DNA of 62,185 bases, filler included, from Nemertoderma westbladi (taxonomy: Eukaryota > Animalia > Xenacoelomorpha), in assembly GCA_032718475.1 (NCBI GenBank). It is 3 parts of 3 records of this genome, joined end to end, with 100 filler letters (N's around TTAATTAATTAA, not from the genome) between each part and the next. Parts side by side here need not be neighbours in the genome. Positions count along the whole stretch, not along the records: positions 1 to 23,682 come from JAUCBJ010002572.1; 2 more parts are not named here. One strand, written 5' to 3'. The notes under the pieces are model-generated. The model was not told where the DNA came from and made no database searches. It saw nothing but the letters and a program-made list of their open reading frames with translations. Within the stretch, counting starts at the first letter, position 1; every line of letters begins with the position of its first letter. The position numbers and the translations under genes were made by a program. This document shows positions 1-12,505 of this stretch, one piece after another.

Positions 1-107
1 TTGACTATTTCCAAAAAGGCTCCAGTTCACACAAATGTTATGGTAGAACCTTTAAACTAGTTAGGTAGCTGTTAATCTTGTTAATTCTACAAATAAGTTT
101 TACTTAC

Positions 108-270
108 CTAGAGAGAATTCTTCACGGGTTAACCCGGATCCGAAACTATTAAAATGTTCCTCAAATCCAAGAGACCGCATATTCTGCATTAGTATAACAG
201 AAGCGCTATCGGTGTCACTTTTAGCGAATATACAGGTGGGAATGTTAAGTCGCAGTTCGTTTTGATTTAC
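108..270 (-). CDS. EcKL (ecdysteroid kinase-like / DUF227) gene, second visible coding exon
   Basis: Acceptor tttactttaaag| (272-271) and donor |gtaagt (107-102). Peptide VNQNELRLNIPTCIFAKSDTDSASVILMQNMRSLGFEEHFNSFGSGLTREEFSL matches the EcKL 'P.CY..ILMEDL..GF..GL' segment. Phase 0 fits the exon ending at 6839. The gene continues beyond the window's left edge. Confidence 0.8.
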
Positions 271-1379
271 CTTTAAAGTAAACAAGAAACTGAGAAAGTA
301 GAAACATAAAGTGGCCAAATATATATTCCAGAAACGGTAATGAACAATTATCGCACCTGTAGTAAATACATTTATTGTACTTATAAGAAGATAATAATTA
401 TGGACTATTACATTTTACCCTCCCAGTAACCAGAAAGTATACGTTATAAAAACAATGTACACAAAAATATTGTAGCCACTATAATTGACACAATTGACAA
501 AATTTTGGCAATTTTTAATATTTTCAACGATTAAATATTAAAAATGAAAAAAAATTACCCGAGTGAACGGCAGAGACCAAAAATGCACATAATATTTGTG
601 ATAACATAACAATAACAATATTTATAGCTGAAAACAACCTTATTCTGAGTTTGTCGATTTTGACATTTTTCATCACTAAATTCCCTGCTACGTTTTCATT
701 CAATTTTCATCAAACATATACCAAAATGTTACGCAGCTCTAGGGCTACAATCGTGCGCATCGGTTTTGTAAATCAGGCCCATTTCGATGTTCTAGATACG
801 ATTTTGTAACCGCTACTCTTTGTCAATCTTAAAATATATGATCCCCAAATCCCAATATATAGTCCGCACATACTAAAAACACTATGTATTTCGCAAAGAT
901 AATAATTTTATGGTGAAATTTTAATAAAATATATCTCTAGGGCCATTGTGCTAAATTCATGGAATTCTAATTGAGCTTTTACACATAAAAGCGTGAAATG
1001 TATACACTTTTTGAAAAAAAAACCAACATGGACCAAATATGCCATATTTTTTTGACTCATAGGTCAAAAAAATATGGCAATTTTATATTATGGCATATAT
1101 TTTAGGTCGATTTGTCTATATTTTAGGAATTATTTTGGGGCAGGGAATCTGGCTCTACATAATTATTAAATATTCTACTAGATGGGGATTTTTGTTCATT
1201 TAGGGTAGAGGACGGTATTTCCGGCTTCAGGGGCGGTAATTTCTCTCCTTTTATATTAATTATAATTTCCAGTTCAGCGAAAATGTATCAAGGGCTTAAT
1301 TAAAGAGGTTGTTTCGTGATTTGGCACCAACTATCACAAAATTACCTTTATAATGATGTAAAGGAATCCACATACATCA

Positions 1380-1690
1380 TATTTACTAAACCATACAATA
1401 TCCTAACTACCATCTTGGCATATATAACATTAACTATTTACTAAACGATACAATATCCTAACTACCATCTTGGCATATATAACATTAACTCTGTACTCAG
1501 TACAAACAATTTGCAAAATTAATTAATTAGTAAAAAATCTTTATTGTTAACTCACGAAAAAGTAAAGAAAATAATCAAGGTCTTAAAAAGAACAGTAAAA
1601 ATTCAAGTATCCAGATATAATATAATCCAACATTGAGTGACCTACAACATTGAGTGACCTACAACATTGAGTGACCTACAACATGGCTCA
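1380..1690 (+). repeat. Local tandem duplications upstream of the fibrinogen-domain gene
   Basis: ~55-bp near-identical duplication (1381-1490) and three copies of the 17-mer caacattgagtgaccta running into the ATG. Confidence 0.85.
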
Positions 1691-2689
1691 TCAGGGTGTC
1701 TATAGTGATAATGAAATTCAATTGGAAGAAATTTCTCAGGAAGGTGTCTATGAAGTCATATCGGAAGGGAACCACCCAAATCCTTCACAGAAGGGTATGG
1801 AACACAATAAAGTGGATAATAAGAGCCGAATGGTTTCAGTAAGAAGATGGTGGGTCGGGGTTATTGGTGGTGTGATATTTGTATTGTTAGCAAGCGCGGC
1901 TTTGGTAACCTTGTTTGTAATGATGTCCAAAATTCAAAATAATAATAATGTTGGGGAACGTATTGGGCAATTGTATGAGAGTAATAGTAAATTAGTTGAA
2001 CGTATTGGGGATCTATCAGAAAAAAATAAACACTTGGAGGAATCGTTGATGCAGCTTCACCCTGAATTAGTTTGTTTAAATACTGAAGTAGATACTACCA
2101 CCATCGTCAAATATATCAATGGGCTAAATGGTCTCATTAGATGTGACAACACAATCCCTTACGGGCCTTGGGTAGTCATACAGAGAAGGGTGGGTGGATC
2201 CCAAGATTTCGAACTAAATTGGCAACATTACGCATCTGGCTTCGGAAATGCGGCAGGTGAGTTCTTTCTGGGTTTGGAGAAAATATCCGAATTTAGCAGT
2301 GAGGGAGTCGTAATGAGGATCGAACTTTGGTATAAAGGGGAACACAAGTTCGCCGAATACCATAACTTCCGAGTTGATGATTCTCACGTGATAGCTACAG
2401 GCTACATATATCTGGGTACAGAGGCACCGCTGGTGACTCAATCATTTGGGGCACTTTCAGTGAGGGTGGCATTCTCGGTGGATCACCTTTCTCCACACGC
2501 GATAACGACAACGACGCTTCATCCGAAAACTGCGCCGCCATCTTCAGAGGGGGTTGGTGGTATCAGCGGTGTTCGCGTTCCAATCTAAACGCCGTCTATG
2601 GGGTAGTGGGTGTGGAGGGGCCTTTTTGGTGGACATTCACTGACGAATTCGTACCGATGGATAAAATAGAGATGAAGATTAGGGTTTAG
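1683..2689 (+). pseudogene. Intronless type II membrane fibrinogen-related domain (FReD) protein with one frameshift near 2385
   Basis: TM segment WWVGVIGGVIFVLLASAALVTLFV, then coiled coil, then WVVIQRR..W..Y..GFG..EFFLGLEKI. After a frameshift the other frame reads DSYRLHISGYRGTAGDS..PFSTRDNDND..NCA..GGWWYQRCSRSNLN..IEMKIRV* (TAG 2687-2689), the canonical FReD C-terminus. Confidence 0.88.
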
Positions 2690-2955
2690 TGAATCTACAA
2701 CCATAAACGATTAACTATATGCCCGTATTCCCCTATTCACTACAGTAATGCCCGTATTAACTATATGCCCGTATTCTTGGTTATTCATTTCTTATTCTGT
2801 TCTGGGCATCTGATACTTGTACTGGGAACTTTCAGCTGAATGGACCTGGTTTATTTTGGATTAGAGTTAGAATTCCAATTAGTTATTTATGTATATAATA
2901 ACGTAGTTATTTGGTTAGTCCCTAACTAAAATTAGAACTTCATATAATCATATAA

Positions 2956-3075
2956 GGCCGGGTAGCTCAGTCGGTTGATCGCCGGGCCAGGAATCTATTG
3001 GTTGTAGATTCAAGTTCCGCCAAGGTTCACTCAGCCTTTCATCCCTTGGGGCCGATAAAATTAAGACAAGTTGGA
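2956..3075 (+). mobile_element. tRNA-derived SINE fragment
   Basis: A-box tagctcagtcgg, degenerate B-box, then gttcactcagcctttcatccc..gataaaa, resembling the central domain of Sauria-type metazoan SINEs. Confidence 0.6.
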
Positions 3076-4008
3076 TTACTTGGAAATTACAACTGACCAA
3101 CCTCGCAACAAAAGTGAACACTTTTCAAATTTTTTCAATGGTTGATACCTATAGGTAATTTTCGACGCGGATTCCGAATATAGCCAAATAATTCGAAATT
3201 GTTGGGTATATGATGATCTTTTTTGGTGTCAAATGTGGTGCTGCACCAATATTAAAATTTTTAAATTTTGGGTGAAAATTAAAGTATATATCATCAAAAG
3301 ATTTCCGTTCTGGTGCATCTAGTTATCAGATATTCAACATCTTTACTCCGCTTTTTATACTTCGGGATCCCGTTCAAAAAAATGGCGGGATCGGGACCGG
3401 GATTGCATTTTTTGCCGGGATCCCGGTTTGTCGGGATCGGGATCCCGTTTAAACACTACTGTACTAGTTTTTATGTCAGTAAACCATCCAGTAATCAATT
3501 GCAAAATAATTTAAATATAACTTTATCTTGATAATACTTCAGAAGTGAGTGAGTGTTACATATACTAATAACTACTAACTTTAAGAAATTTAATACAAAA
3601 TTGCAATCCAGAGTGATAATCCCGGTTCCGATCCCGGAAATCCCGAAAAGTCTGATCCCGTTTAAACACGTTTCGAGAACGAAACAACTTATCAAAAAGT
3701 GATTTGAGATTCGGAATCACCATAAAATTCCACATCGCAAAACACATTAAAAAACCTGTACCACCCCCCCCCCCCCCCCCCCCCCCTAAAAAAATAACAT
3801 CCTGTAACATAAAAGGCTGAGTAGTTTTCTTTTCCAATTACATTTGGTGTCTACCGGTACTTTTTTATATTCTCTTATCGTACTGTAAAGTCTAAATCTG
3901 TTAATATAATAATAAGTAAATACACCATGTCCCAGAATATAGTGTCGTAATTCAGTGACCCCCCCCCCCCCCCCCCCCCCCCTAATTTTTCTACAAATCG
4001 TAATGAGA

Positions 4009-6826
4009 TTGCATGAAATTTGAAACAGAGATAGTTTCACCTCCCGACCACTGACTGGGTGAGCCAGAATTTTTATTTTTGCTTTCATTCTTTAGCTACA
4101 AGCGTTTAAAAAAGTGTCTCCAGCGATATTACACCAGTTACACCGCAGTTATTCTTCTACCTTATAGCTGTTTGTTGGTACCATGGAAAGCTGGCCCTGC
4201 AAGGATTCCAAATATGTAACACAATTTGAATTTCGTTGAAAAATAGCTGAGATATGAGCGTTTAAATGTTGCATGGTTATGCAACGACGCGAGGCTATTT
4301 TATTCTATTAATAAATAAACCATATTCTGGAATATTTTTTAAATGTATGAATAGCTACATAATAGTATGATTAGATGTAATGCATCTAATATATCACAAT
4401 ATATTTCTAAAATTCACAGATAAAACAATATTAGCTACTAAGATACAAAGTTTTTAGGATATTACAAAATGTGTAGCATTGTTTCGCATTTTGTCCTGAT
4501 ATTAATCACCTTTATTTGGATTCAAGTATTATTTAATGCAGATATTGCCAACGGCTTAGAACCATTGTATTTATGCGATAACAGCGTGGTTACTATGGAT
4601 ACTACTCTATGACATCGAATCCACCGGAATGTAAAAAAACCCGCCTTCTAGATTACATTGAGAAAGGAGATATCCAGTTATGGAGGCCGAGCATTTTCCG
4701 ATAAATACGTTTGAACGCAACTGTTTGCCGCGTGTTTATAACGTCGCGGCAAACAGGATGCGAGAACAATATCTGTCAGCACAAATCCATTTACCCTCTA
4801 ACGTCGGTTGACTGTCATAAAATGAGAAACAACCAATTGAGCTGCAAAGAATATTTCTGCAGGATGTTCGACGGTGTTGCCTGTAAAGATGTTTTATTGA
4901 AGTCTAGTTCACCTTGGGAACAAGTTGTTCAGTCGGAAAGATTTAAAAGGAAGATGACATGCGATGTGAAGGAAATACCGGTGTTCGCTACCCGCGCGAG
5001 AGACCACCAACACTTCCATATGGTTTGTATCGCGGAGGAAGATTGTTCGCACTGCCACGTTCCCAACGAGGGTTGCGTGTTAGGGGAGAAGGCGACACTG
5101 GTGTGGGATTCCGTAGTGGAACAACTCGATGGTGGTGCGGAAGATCAGTTGATGTCCAGCTGGAGTGGCAAAGCGGATTTTATGGGTTCTATTGTATTTA
5201 AGCGGATTCGGTGAAGAAGAGACTCCGGTAAAGATAATGATAAACTCTCTTCAGTTAGTAATAATCCCGACACCCATCACGTTTGTAAAGAGGTCTGAGG
5301 AACTAGGCAATGGAGGAACAGTTTGCAAAGGCCATAATAATATCAATCTCAACAACCAAGAAGTTTGTTATGAAGATACAGAAAGCAAATATATTTACGT
5401 CTTTAAAAAGAAAAATAATGTAAACGGCGAATTGGCGAATATAAATGCCATGTTCAAAGACTTCAAAAACAGGGTAAACCAAGAAGGATTAACAAATCGT
5501 ATAGACTATTTTAAGTGAAACGTTTATAGACGCTTTGTTGGAGACCAAGAGCGACCTCCTATATCAGTCCTGTCTTCGTCGCAGACAGGAATACTTTATC
5601 ACTAATATGACGTCACAATTGATCCCCAGTTACGTCATTAGGAGTCTAGGGAAATCGGGATCCGGTAGTTTCGACGGCTCGACTATCAAGGCTGGGTCGT
5701 GTTGGAAGCTGACCAACTACTCGGTAGCGGACAGTCTGCGTTTCTTTACCTTCCCTAGAGGATTCTCCTACTGCTCCTCTCACTCCTTGATCGAATACCG
5801 AGGACGCACCTACCAGATAGGTGTGGACGGGAACGCAAACTTCCAACCGATTCGCAAACATTATTGCCGCGATGACTTGGACACGCGGTTCTATAAGATA
5901 GGGGGAGAAGTCGTCGTCTATGTGAACTACACGCGGTTCACAGGTTACAAGAAACTTCCGGGGATCAATAGGATTCACTTTACCGAACCGCGCAAGTTCT
6001 CCAATCTATCCCAGATGATTAATTTTCCTGGAATAAACGACGACAAAGATAACTCCTATTCCTCTAGTTCAGATGGATTCCAGACACTATATAACCTCCG
6101 AGCGCAACAGCACTCGCTCATTCTGAAACTAGAAGAAATCTTCAATAATCAACTCTTTGGGCAGATGGAACTGGTGTTTCTAGAGAACATCTTGTACTCT
6201 TCACTCCACATTCTGGTGGGCCGTGCTGTGCAGATTGTTGCGCTGCTTATAATGGTGTTCGCATGCGCGGGTGGTTGGCTGTTTGTTGTGCGCGTTATAC
6301 TGCTGATTATAACTGCGGTTTGGAGAGCCTTAAATAAATAATATTGAACTTTATGAAGTAATGTGAGGAACGTGTAATTGTTATGCTATACTATATATTA
6401 AAATAGGCCTAGTCTAGAAATACAAACCCATTTATCAATTTCTAAATTTATCAATGCATTGTTGCCCAGCTACGTATTTGGATAAATAAAATATTCCAGA
6501 TTATGATGCATTTATTAAATAGAATAAAATAGCCTCGCACAGGTGCATAACCATGCAACATTTGAACGCCCATATCTCAGAAATTTTTCAACGAAATTCA
6601 AATTGCGTTACATATTTGAAATTCTTGCAGGGCCAGCTTTCCATTGGTACCATCAAACAGCTATAAGGAAGAAGAATAACTGCGGTGTAACTGGTGTAAT
6701 ATCGCTGGAGACACTTTTTTTAAACGCTTGTAGCTAAAGATTAAAAGCAAAAATCAAAATTCTGGCTCACCCAGGCAGTAGTGGTCGGGAAGTGAAACTA
6801 TCTCTGTTTCAAATGTCATGCAACGG
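4009..6826. mobile_element. Non-autonomous TIR element (~330-bp inverted repeats) carrying a viral glycoprotein gene
   Basis: 4009-4338 is the reverse complement of ~6488-6823 with scattered mismatches. The right end reads ..catgcaacgg|ta. The extreme left terminus is not conserved, so no TSD can be confirmed. No transposase is present. Confidence 0.8.
4469..6341 (+). pseudogene. Decayed class III viral fusion glycoprotein-like gene (gB-like; chuvirus G / BEL-Pao env type)
   Basis: Signal peptide MCSIVSHFVLILITFIWIQVLFNADIANG followed by LYLCD, a Cys-rich ectodomain with N-glycosylation sequons, a helix LLETKSDLLYQSCLRRRQEY..IPSYVIRSL..G..GSTIKAGSC, and a C-terminal hydrophobic anchor. Reconstruction needs frameshifts near 4585, 5185 and 5510 plus a TAA at 4702, giving about 620 aa. 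Confidence 0.65.
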
Positions 6827-6838
6827 TAATATACCCAC

Positions 6839-7234
6839 CTCATCAACATGTTCTTTAATTAATTGGTCTACTTGAGGAGCTATGGAGTTGTAGAAGTTTA
6901 TTTCTACCTGATCGGCTCGAACTGATTTACCCAACCCCATCATAGCATCTTGGGGCGGCAGTAACTTAGCTACCATGTCCAGTTGGACTGTAGCTTCTGC
7001 ACCGGTTGAATAAGTTACACTAATATCGAGAATTGTACTAAAGTAGCCGCGATTAACTTCGATTCTTTTGCTGGAGAATGTTTTTATTTCGATGGATTTC
7101 CTGTAGTGGAACCTGAGTACATCCTCTATCCAGTCCGATGTTACATCCCCTTCGCAATGAGGAACTTTAGGTTCACTGCGTAGAATAAATGTATCTTGTG
7201 CTGCGTCATTATCGTGTTTACTCGCAAAATCCAT
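6839..7234 (-). CDS. EcKL (ecdysteroid kinase-like / DUF227) gene, first coding exon
   Basis: ORF with VTSDWIEDVL..GYFSTILDISVTY..MVAKLLP..EINFYNSIAP, typical of the EcKL/CHK-like kinase N-lobe. GAG|GTGGGT donor at 6839/6838 after exactly 132 codons. Confidence 0.8.
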
Positions 7235-7892
7235 GTTTAATATACTGAAACATTTATCGACAGTAATATAGCAGCAGTATAGTGCACAAACCTACTAAAG
7301 TCGGGCCTCCCTAAAACCCGGTCCGGTCCCGGTCCCCGGTCCCGGTCCCCAAGACCCCTAAAACCCGGTCCGCCGGTCCCAATGATAGTCTACGGGGAAT
7401 TTATCCAAAACTAGGACCGGGTAAAACCCGGTCGGTCCTGACCCCTAAAAGTCGGTCCATAAAAGCCGGTCCATGCTTGGATTGGCCAATGAAAAAATAT
7501 TCCAGCCAATAAAACAAGAATAGTAATATTCCAGCCAATGAAACAAGGTTAAATAGTATTACTGCTGGCTGCTATACACAGATACAGCGGTGTTTACTTT
7601 ACTACAGGGATTATCTTTCTGTCTTTGTCTATACAGTAGGCCTATAGGTAGGCCTGCATCATATTCATCCGTGGGAATTATCACACGGCCTTATTTCCCA
7701 CTTTATATATCTAGCATTGTAGTAAGGCCCTACACTGTATACTATACACAGTACAGTAGTACACTACTGTATAACAAAATGAAATTACCATTGATTTCCG
7801 ATGTGACATGGCCTTGGATATGTGACCTCGGATTTTGTCACCACCACCCCATCCCCCACCGGCATCGCTAAAGCTTCATTACAATAGGTTCT

Positions 7893-8809
7893 TTGGCCGT
7901 TAGGTCCTGCGTCTCTCGGTCTTTAGTAAAATATCCATGTTTGCCGTTTGATGTAGCGATATTTTTGTTTAATGCACTTATTAAACCGATATTAAACTAC
8001 GGTAGCGAAGTATGGGGATTCCAAGAAGCAATTGATATAGAACGCGTCAATCTGAAATTTTTAAAAAAATTTTGCGTATCCGCAGTAATTCTCCCAATTT
8101 CGTGGTTTATGGTGAGACTGGACAGTTTCCACTTTATACAGGCAGGTATCAAAGCATTATTAAGTATTGGTTGAAGGTAGTGGCACTGCCCAAAACTCGT
8201 ATATTGAAGAGAGCATATTCAATGATGCTTGACGACTCTGTCCAGGACCCTTCCGTAGTTAATTGGGCAACCAAGGTGAGAGATTTATTGAACAGCCTCG
8301 GTTACAGTAATGTGTGGTCCACCCAGAGTGAATTAATACAGTCCAGAACGCAGTTCCTTGCATCAGTAAAAGTTCGCATCAGAGATCAATTTAAACAGAG
8401 ATATGGAGACAGGATATTGTCGAATCACCAAAGAGAGCTTTTTACATTAAGGAAACCTTCAGGACATCTTCATATATTCAACTTCTGCACAATCATTTGA
8501 GTCTAAGACAGTCCTTTGCGCGCTTCCGTTGTAGTTCCCACATTCCTCGGGATCCAACGTCTTTGTATTGTTTGTGGCAACGGAGATGTGAAGGACGAGT
8601 ACCATTTCCTTCTGGTATGCGAGAAATATAATTCTTTACGTTGTAATTATCTTGGTCGGTTCTTTTCTCGGTACCCGTCCATTTTCAAATTCAACAAATT
8701 GATGTGCGCGGTCGACAATAACATAGTTTTCAGAATAGCATTGTATATATTCTATGCAATGAAGGCAAGGGGATCTGTAGGGAGCTCGGGTTTTGAAAAC
8801 TATACATAA
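7893..8809 (+). mobile_element. 5'-truncated, frameshifted LINE ORF2 C-terminus (RTE-X-like)
   Basis: LFNALIKPILNYGSEVWG..IERVNLKF, VYGETGQFPL and C..C..DEYHFLLVC motifs split over three frames. Confidence 0.75.
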
Positions 8810-8989
8810 CATATTTTTGCTTTGAAATGCGATTTCTTATTATATTTATTTTTTATTGTGTGCTCTTCAATATTGTTTATTTTCATTTTGGAATATATTG
8901 TATAGATAAGCTCTATATTGTTGATGTGCAGTATAATTGGTAAATAATTATCCATAACTGTGCTTGTGCTTGTAATCTATCAACAGGGG

Positions 8990-9340
8990 TCTTAAGTGAC
9001 CTAAATTTGAATAATATACTACTAATTAAAGAAGAGCAAAGTAACTTGCGGGAGTCCATGTTTAAACTATTGTTATTTCTGTATAGAAACCTAAGCCTAC
9101 TGTTGACTTTCGAGAAAATATTTTTCGCTATGCTTTCTCCTGATAAGCAGTTATCCAATGTGGCGCCTAAATATTTAACTTCCTTTTTATTTTCAATATT
9201 ATGTCCATTACTAGTGACTTCAAACTTAGTTATCTTATTTAACTTTCCTTTGGAACCAAACAAAATACTTTCAGTCTTACCGTAGTGAATGGATAGCTTA
9301 TTATCAACCAACCACTCATTACAGGATTCTAGAACTGCAC
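8990..9340 (-). mobile_element. LINE RT fragment (CR1 group, L2/Crack-like)
   Basis: EWLVDNKLSIHYGKTESILFGS..VKYLGATLD..KVNSRLRFLYR, the RT domain 6-7/thumb region. Confidence 0.8.
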
Positions 9341-12300
9341 TTAACTTTTGGGAAATATGGATAGGATCTTTATGAGAGAAAATAAGAGCACTGTCGTCGG
9401 CATATAAAATGAGTTTAAATCGGCCGCTCGTATTAAGATCGCTCGTATACCGCAGGGTCGTTCACACTCAGCGGTGCACCGCTGGCCCTGCGGTACCGCG
9501 CCGTGTACCGTTCCGTTTTGTTGTGAAAGGGCCTTGCTTGCCTTAAGGATCATGGAAAATTTCATAAAAATCGCTAGATGATCTCTATAAGTATATGGAG
9601 GTTTTAGCAATTACATTATAAATATATTACACCCCCCAATTAAATTCAGTCTCTATTTATGACGTACTTAATTGAGTATTATTTTTTTATAACAATAATT
9701 TTGTTGTCCTTGATTCGGTCTCCCTTCCAATTATCTTGTGCCTCCGGTATTTGTGTTCCATGTTAAATATTTACTGTATTTTATGGGCTATGTATGCCTG
9801 GATTAAATAATAATAATAATAATCTAAGTAATATGGAACCGATAGCAGTAATCACTTTAGGGTTATTTTTATCAGACTATTGCGCAGGCATGATAGGCAC
9901 TCTAATGTACTGTACAGTAGTAGGCCATGATGCAGATCGTATGGTGTACAAGTCGGACAGTCATCGCATGTACTGTTTCAGTTTCTATAGTATCCGGTAA
10001 TGGCTAGAAAGCCACATGCCTATACCTTGATAAAACTAAAAAATAACGCGGTTATTAATGTGTTCTGATCATCATACCTACCTCCTACACATATCAACTT
10101 AGCCAGGAAAGCAATTACTAACTAGCATAGTACCTACCACGTTCGATAAAAATGTCAATGGCAAAAATTTATTGTCATTCAGAAGGTAAAAAATCATTTG
10201 ATGAATATTATAAAATTTTAATGTGCCCAGATTCCCATTTGGTAAATAACTCATCGGCACGGATCATTAGACCCCATTCTGGAGGTCCAATATACGTCTT
10301 TGAAATGCCTCCAATAAGTTCAAGGAAAAAACTATGGCATCAGGGGATTCGTGTTGATGGATGGATAGGGGAACATACTGTATAACCCGTCCATAACTAG
10401 GCCTACTGTAGAGCAACCCATTTCCAATGCCACTTCTATCTGCCATCTTTAACATCTTAAAATCTTTAACAGCCGCAGCACTCCAAGGATCTTCGGCTAA
10501 GGGTTTGATAACCATTATATCCGAAAATGGAATATCACAGCAGATATGGTCCTTCAGTACTTTAGGACAGACATACGCACGCAGACATTTGGATAACGGC
10601 TCTAGAATAATTAACTTAACGAAAAAAAAAATTAACGAACTTGTACTTTCCTTTGAGTGATTAGTTGGCCTAAATATGATCTCCCACTCCACAGCGAAAT
10701 ATTCATCCGGTCTGGAGCTCAGTACACTCACCCGGCTGATGATAACCAGAAGTTTGAAACCTAGGTACCGGGTTCGAACCCCAATAGGGCCGGTTGATAT
10801 TTTTCGCTATGGAGAGCATTATCATATTGTCTTATTTACATTGTACTAGAATAATTAAAGATGTTCGCTAATGGCTTGCAATTCTGCCTCTCCCCAGAAG
10901 TTAAAGCCTGACACTTTCATTGCCTAAGTTGCTTCTGTTCTCATCAGAACCAAAGCTTTTCATTGGCTGTATATCACTATCCTTGTTTTATTGGCGGGAA
11001 TATTTCTTCATTGGCCAATCCAAGCATGGACCGGTTTTTATGGACCGACTTTTAGGGGTCAGGACCGACCGGGTTTTACCCGGTCCTAGTTTTGGATAAA
11101 TTCCCCGTAGACTATCATTGGGACCGGCGGACCGGGTTTTAGGGGTCTTGGGGACCGGGACCGGGGACCGGGACCGGACCGGGTTTTAGGGAGGCCCACT
11201 AAAGTCCTAGATATATACCATTCCTGTAAATATAGTTAGTTACATTAGGTTACAAATTTTATAAGACCTATTAGATTAATATATAGAAAGTTAGGCAAAC
11301 TGTCCATATTCAATGTGTGACAATATTCAATGTAGGTATTGTGGCAAATGTAGGCAAATTAAATATGAACAATTGCTCACCTGGAATCGACAGATCGATC
11401 GAACAAGCTGGTTGTAGCAAGTAACCCTATTAGAGTTTATCTCTATAGCCTAATCTAACAAACAGTTTGGTATTAGGCTACTGGCTTTCTAGGGAATTGG
11501 CCTACTATTGTGTACTATTCGTGTACCGCCGTACCGTACATGGCCTGGCGACATGATGGGTGGGAATGGCAGTGACATTGATGGATGATCGATGCATGTC
11601 ACATGTAGGGTCTGTCCTGTCCTGTCTCAGATTCTTCATGGTCCAATCCAAGTTTCCAGATAATGACTTTCGAGTTCCGTTGGCGTTGGTGTTGAGCACA
11701 AAGCGGGACCACACACACATACAGTACTGTGTGTACTGTATCAGACAATCAGACAATGCGTTTTATGCATTGGATTACTTTTAAATTTCCCTCCTTAACC
11801 GTTTGTGTTTCTACTCGGTTGCTAGGAAACCGTGGATCGTTTTGTATTGTACTGTGCAGGGAATTGAGAAAGCGGTACTTAACGCATCTACATCATATAC
11901 CCCCTTTTGCAGATGAATACCCACTTCTAGCACTCCAATAGCAATGATCCCCAATTATCTCAGTTAATTTAATTAATTACCGTATAAACAATGGACTTTC
12001 CACAAGTACGGTATACCAGTTATGGAATATCACATAATATAATCTGATTATCTAGTGCAAATCATAAAAGGTCATAGTAGAATGAAGTTATTTGTTTTTC
12101 AATGATACAATTTTATCACGTGTAAGTTCAGTGGATGGGAGTGGATTGTTGCTTGTCAGGAAGCGAAAACCAATAATTGTAATCACACTGTCGACCAATC
12201 AAAAGGCAGATGTTGAATTTTACTGAAAAGTAAATGAGTTAGTCAGTGATTGAGTGGACGTGGTGGGCGGGGTGAGGGGTGATGTTTTATTGATGAATTA

Positions 12301-12505
12301 TTAGAAAGCAGCTCAACTACAACAGTGAACCAATTTATATTGGATATTGAGTTTTGTTTTAGTGTGCGCAGCGCAGTGCAGACACAAAAGTTGAAGTAAC
12401 TTTTGAGTTTGTGATGATATTTTATCATGATAAAATTATTATGAATGAAAAATTAGGTGCACATATTTTAAAAATCAATCAATATAATATTATAAATAAT
12501 AAATA

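Larger units (their letters stand above)
7303..11197. mobile_element. Mutator-like (MULE) non-autonomous element with nested LINE fragments
   Basis: ~215-bp nearly perfect TIRs starting gggcctccctaaaacccggtcc. Exact 9-bp TSD actaaagtc at 7294-7302 and 11198-11206. Confidence 0.92.

Noticed and set aside
10152-10731. Possible MULE transposase remnant
   Set aside because: No DDE or zinc-finger motif could be recognised by eye. A translated HMM search would be needed.
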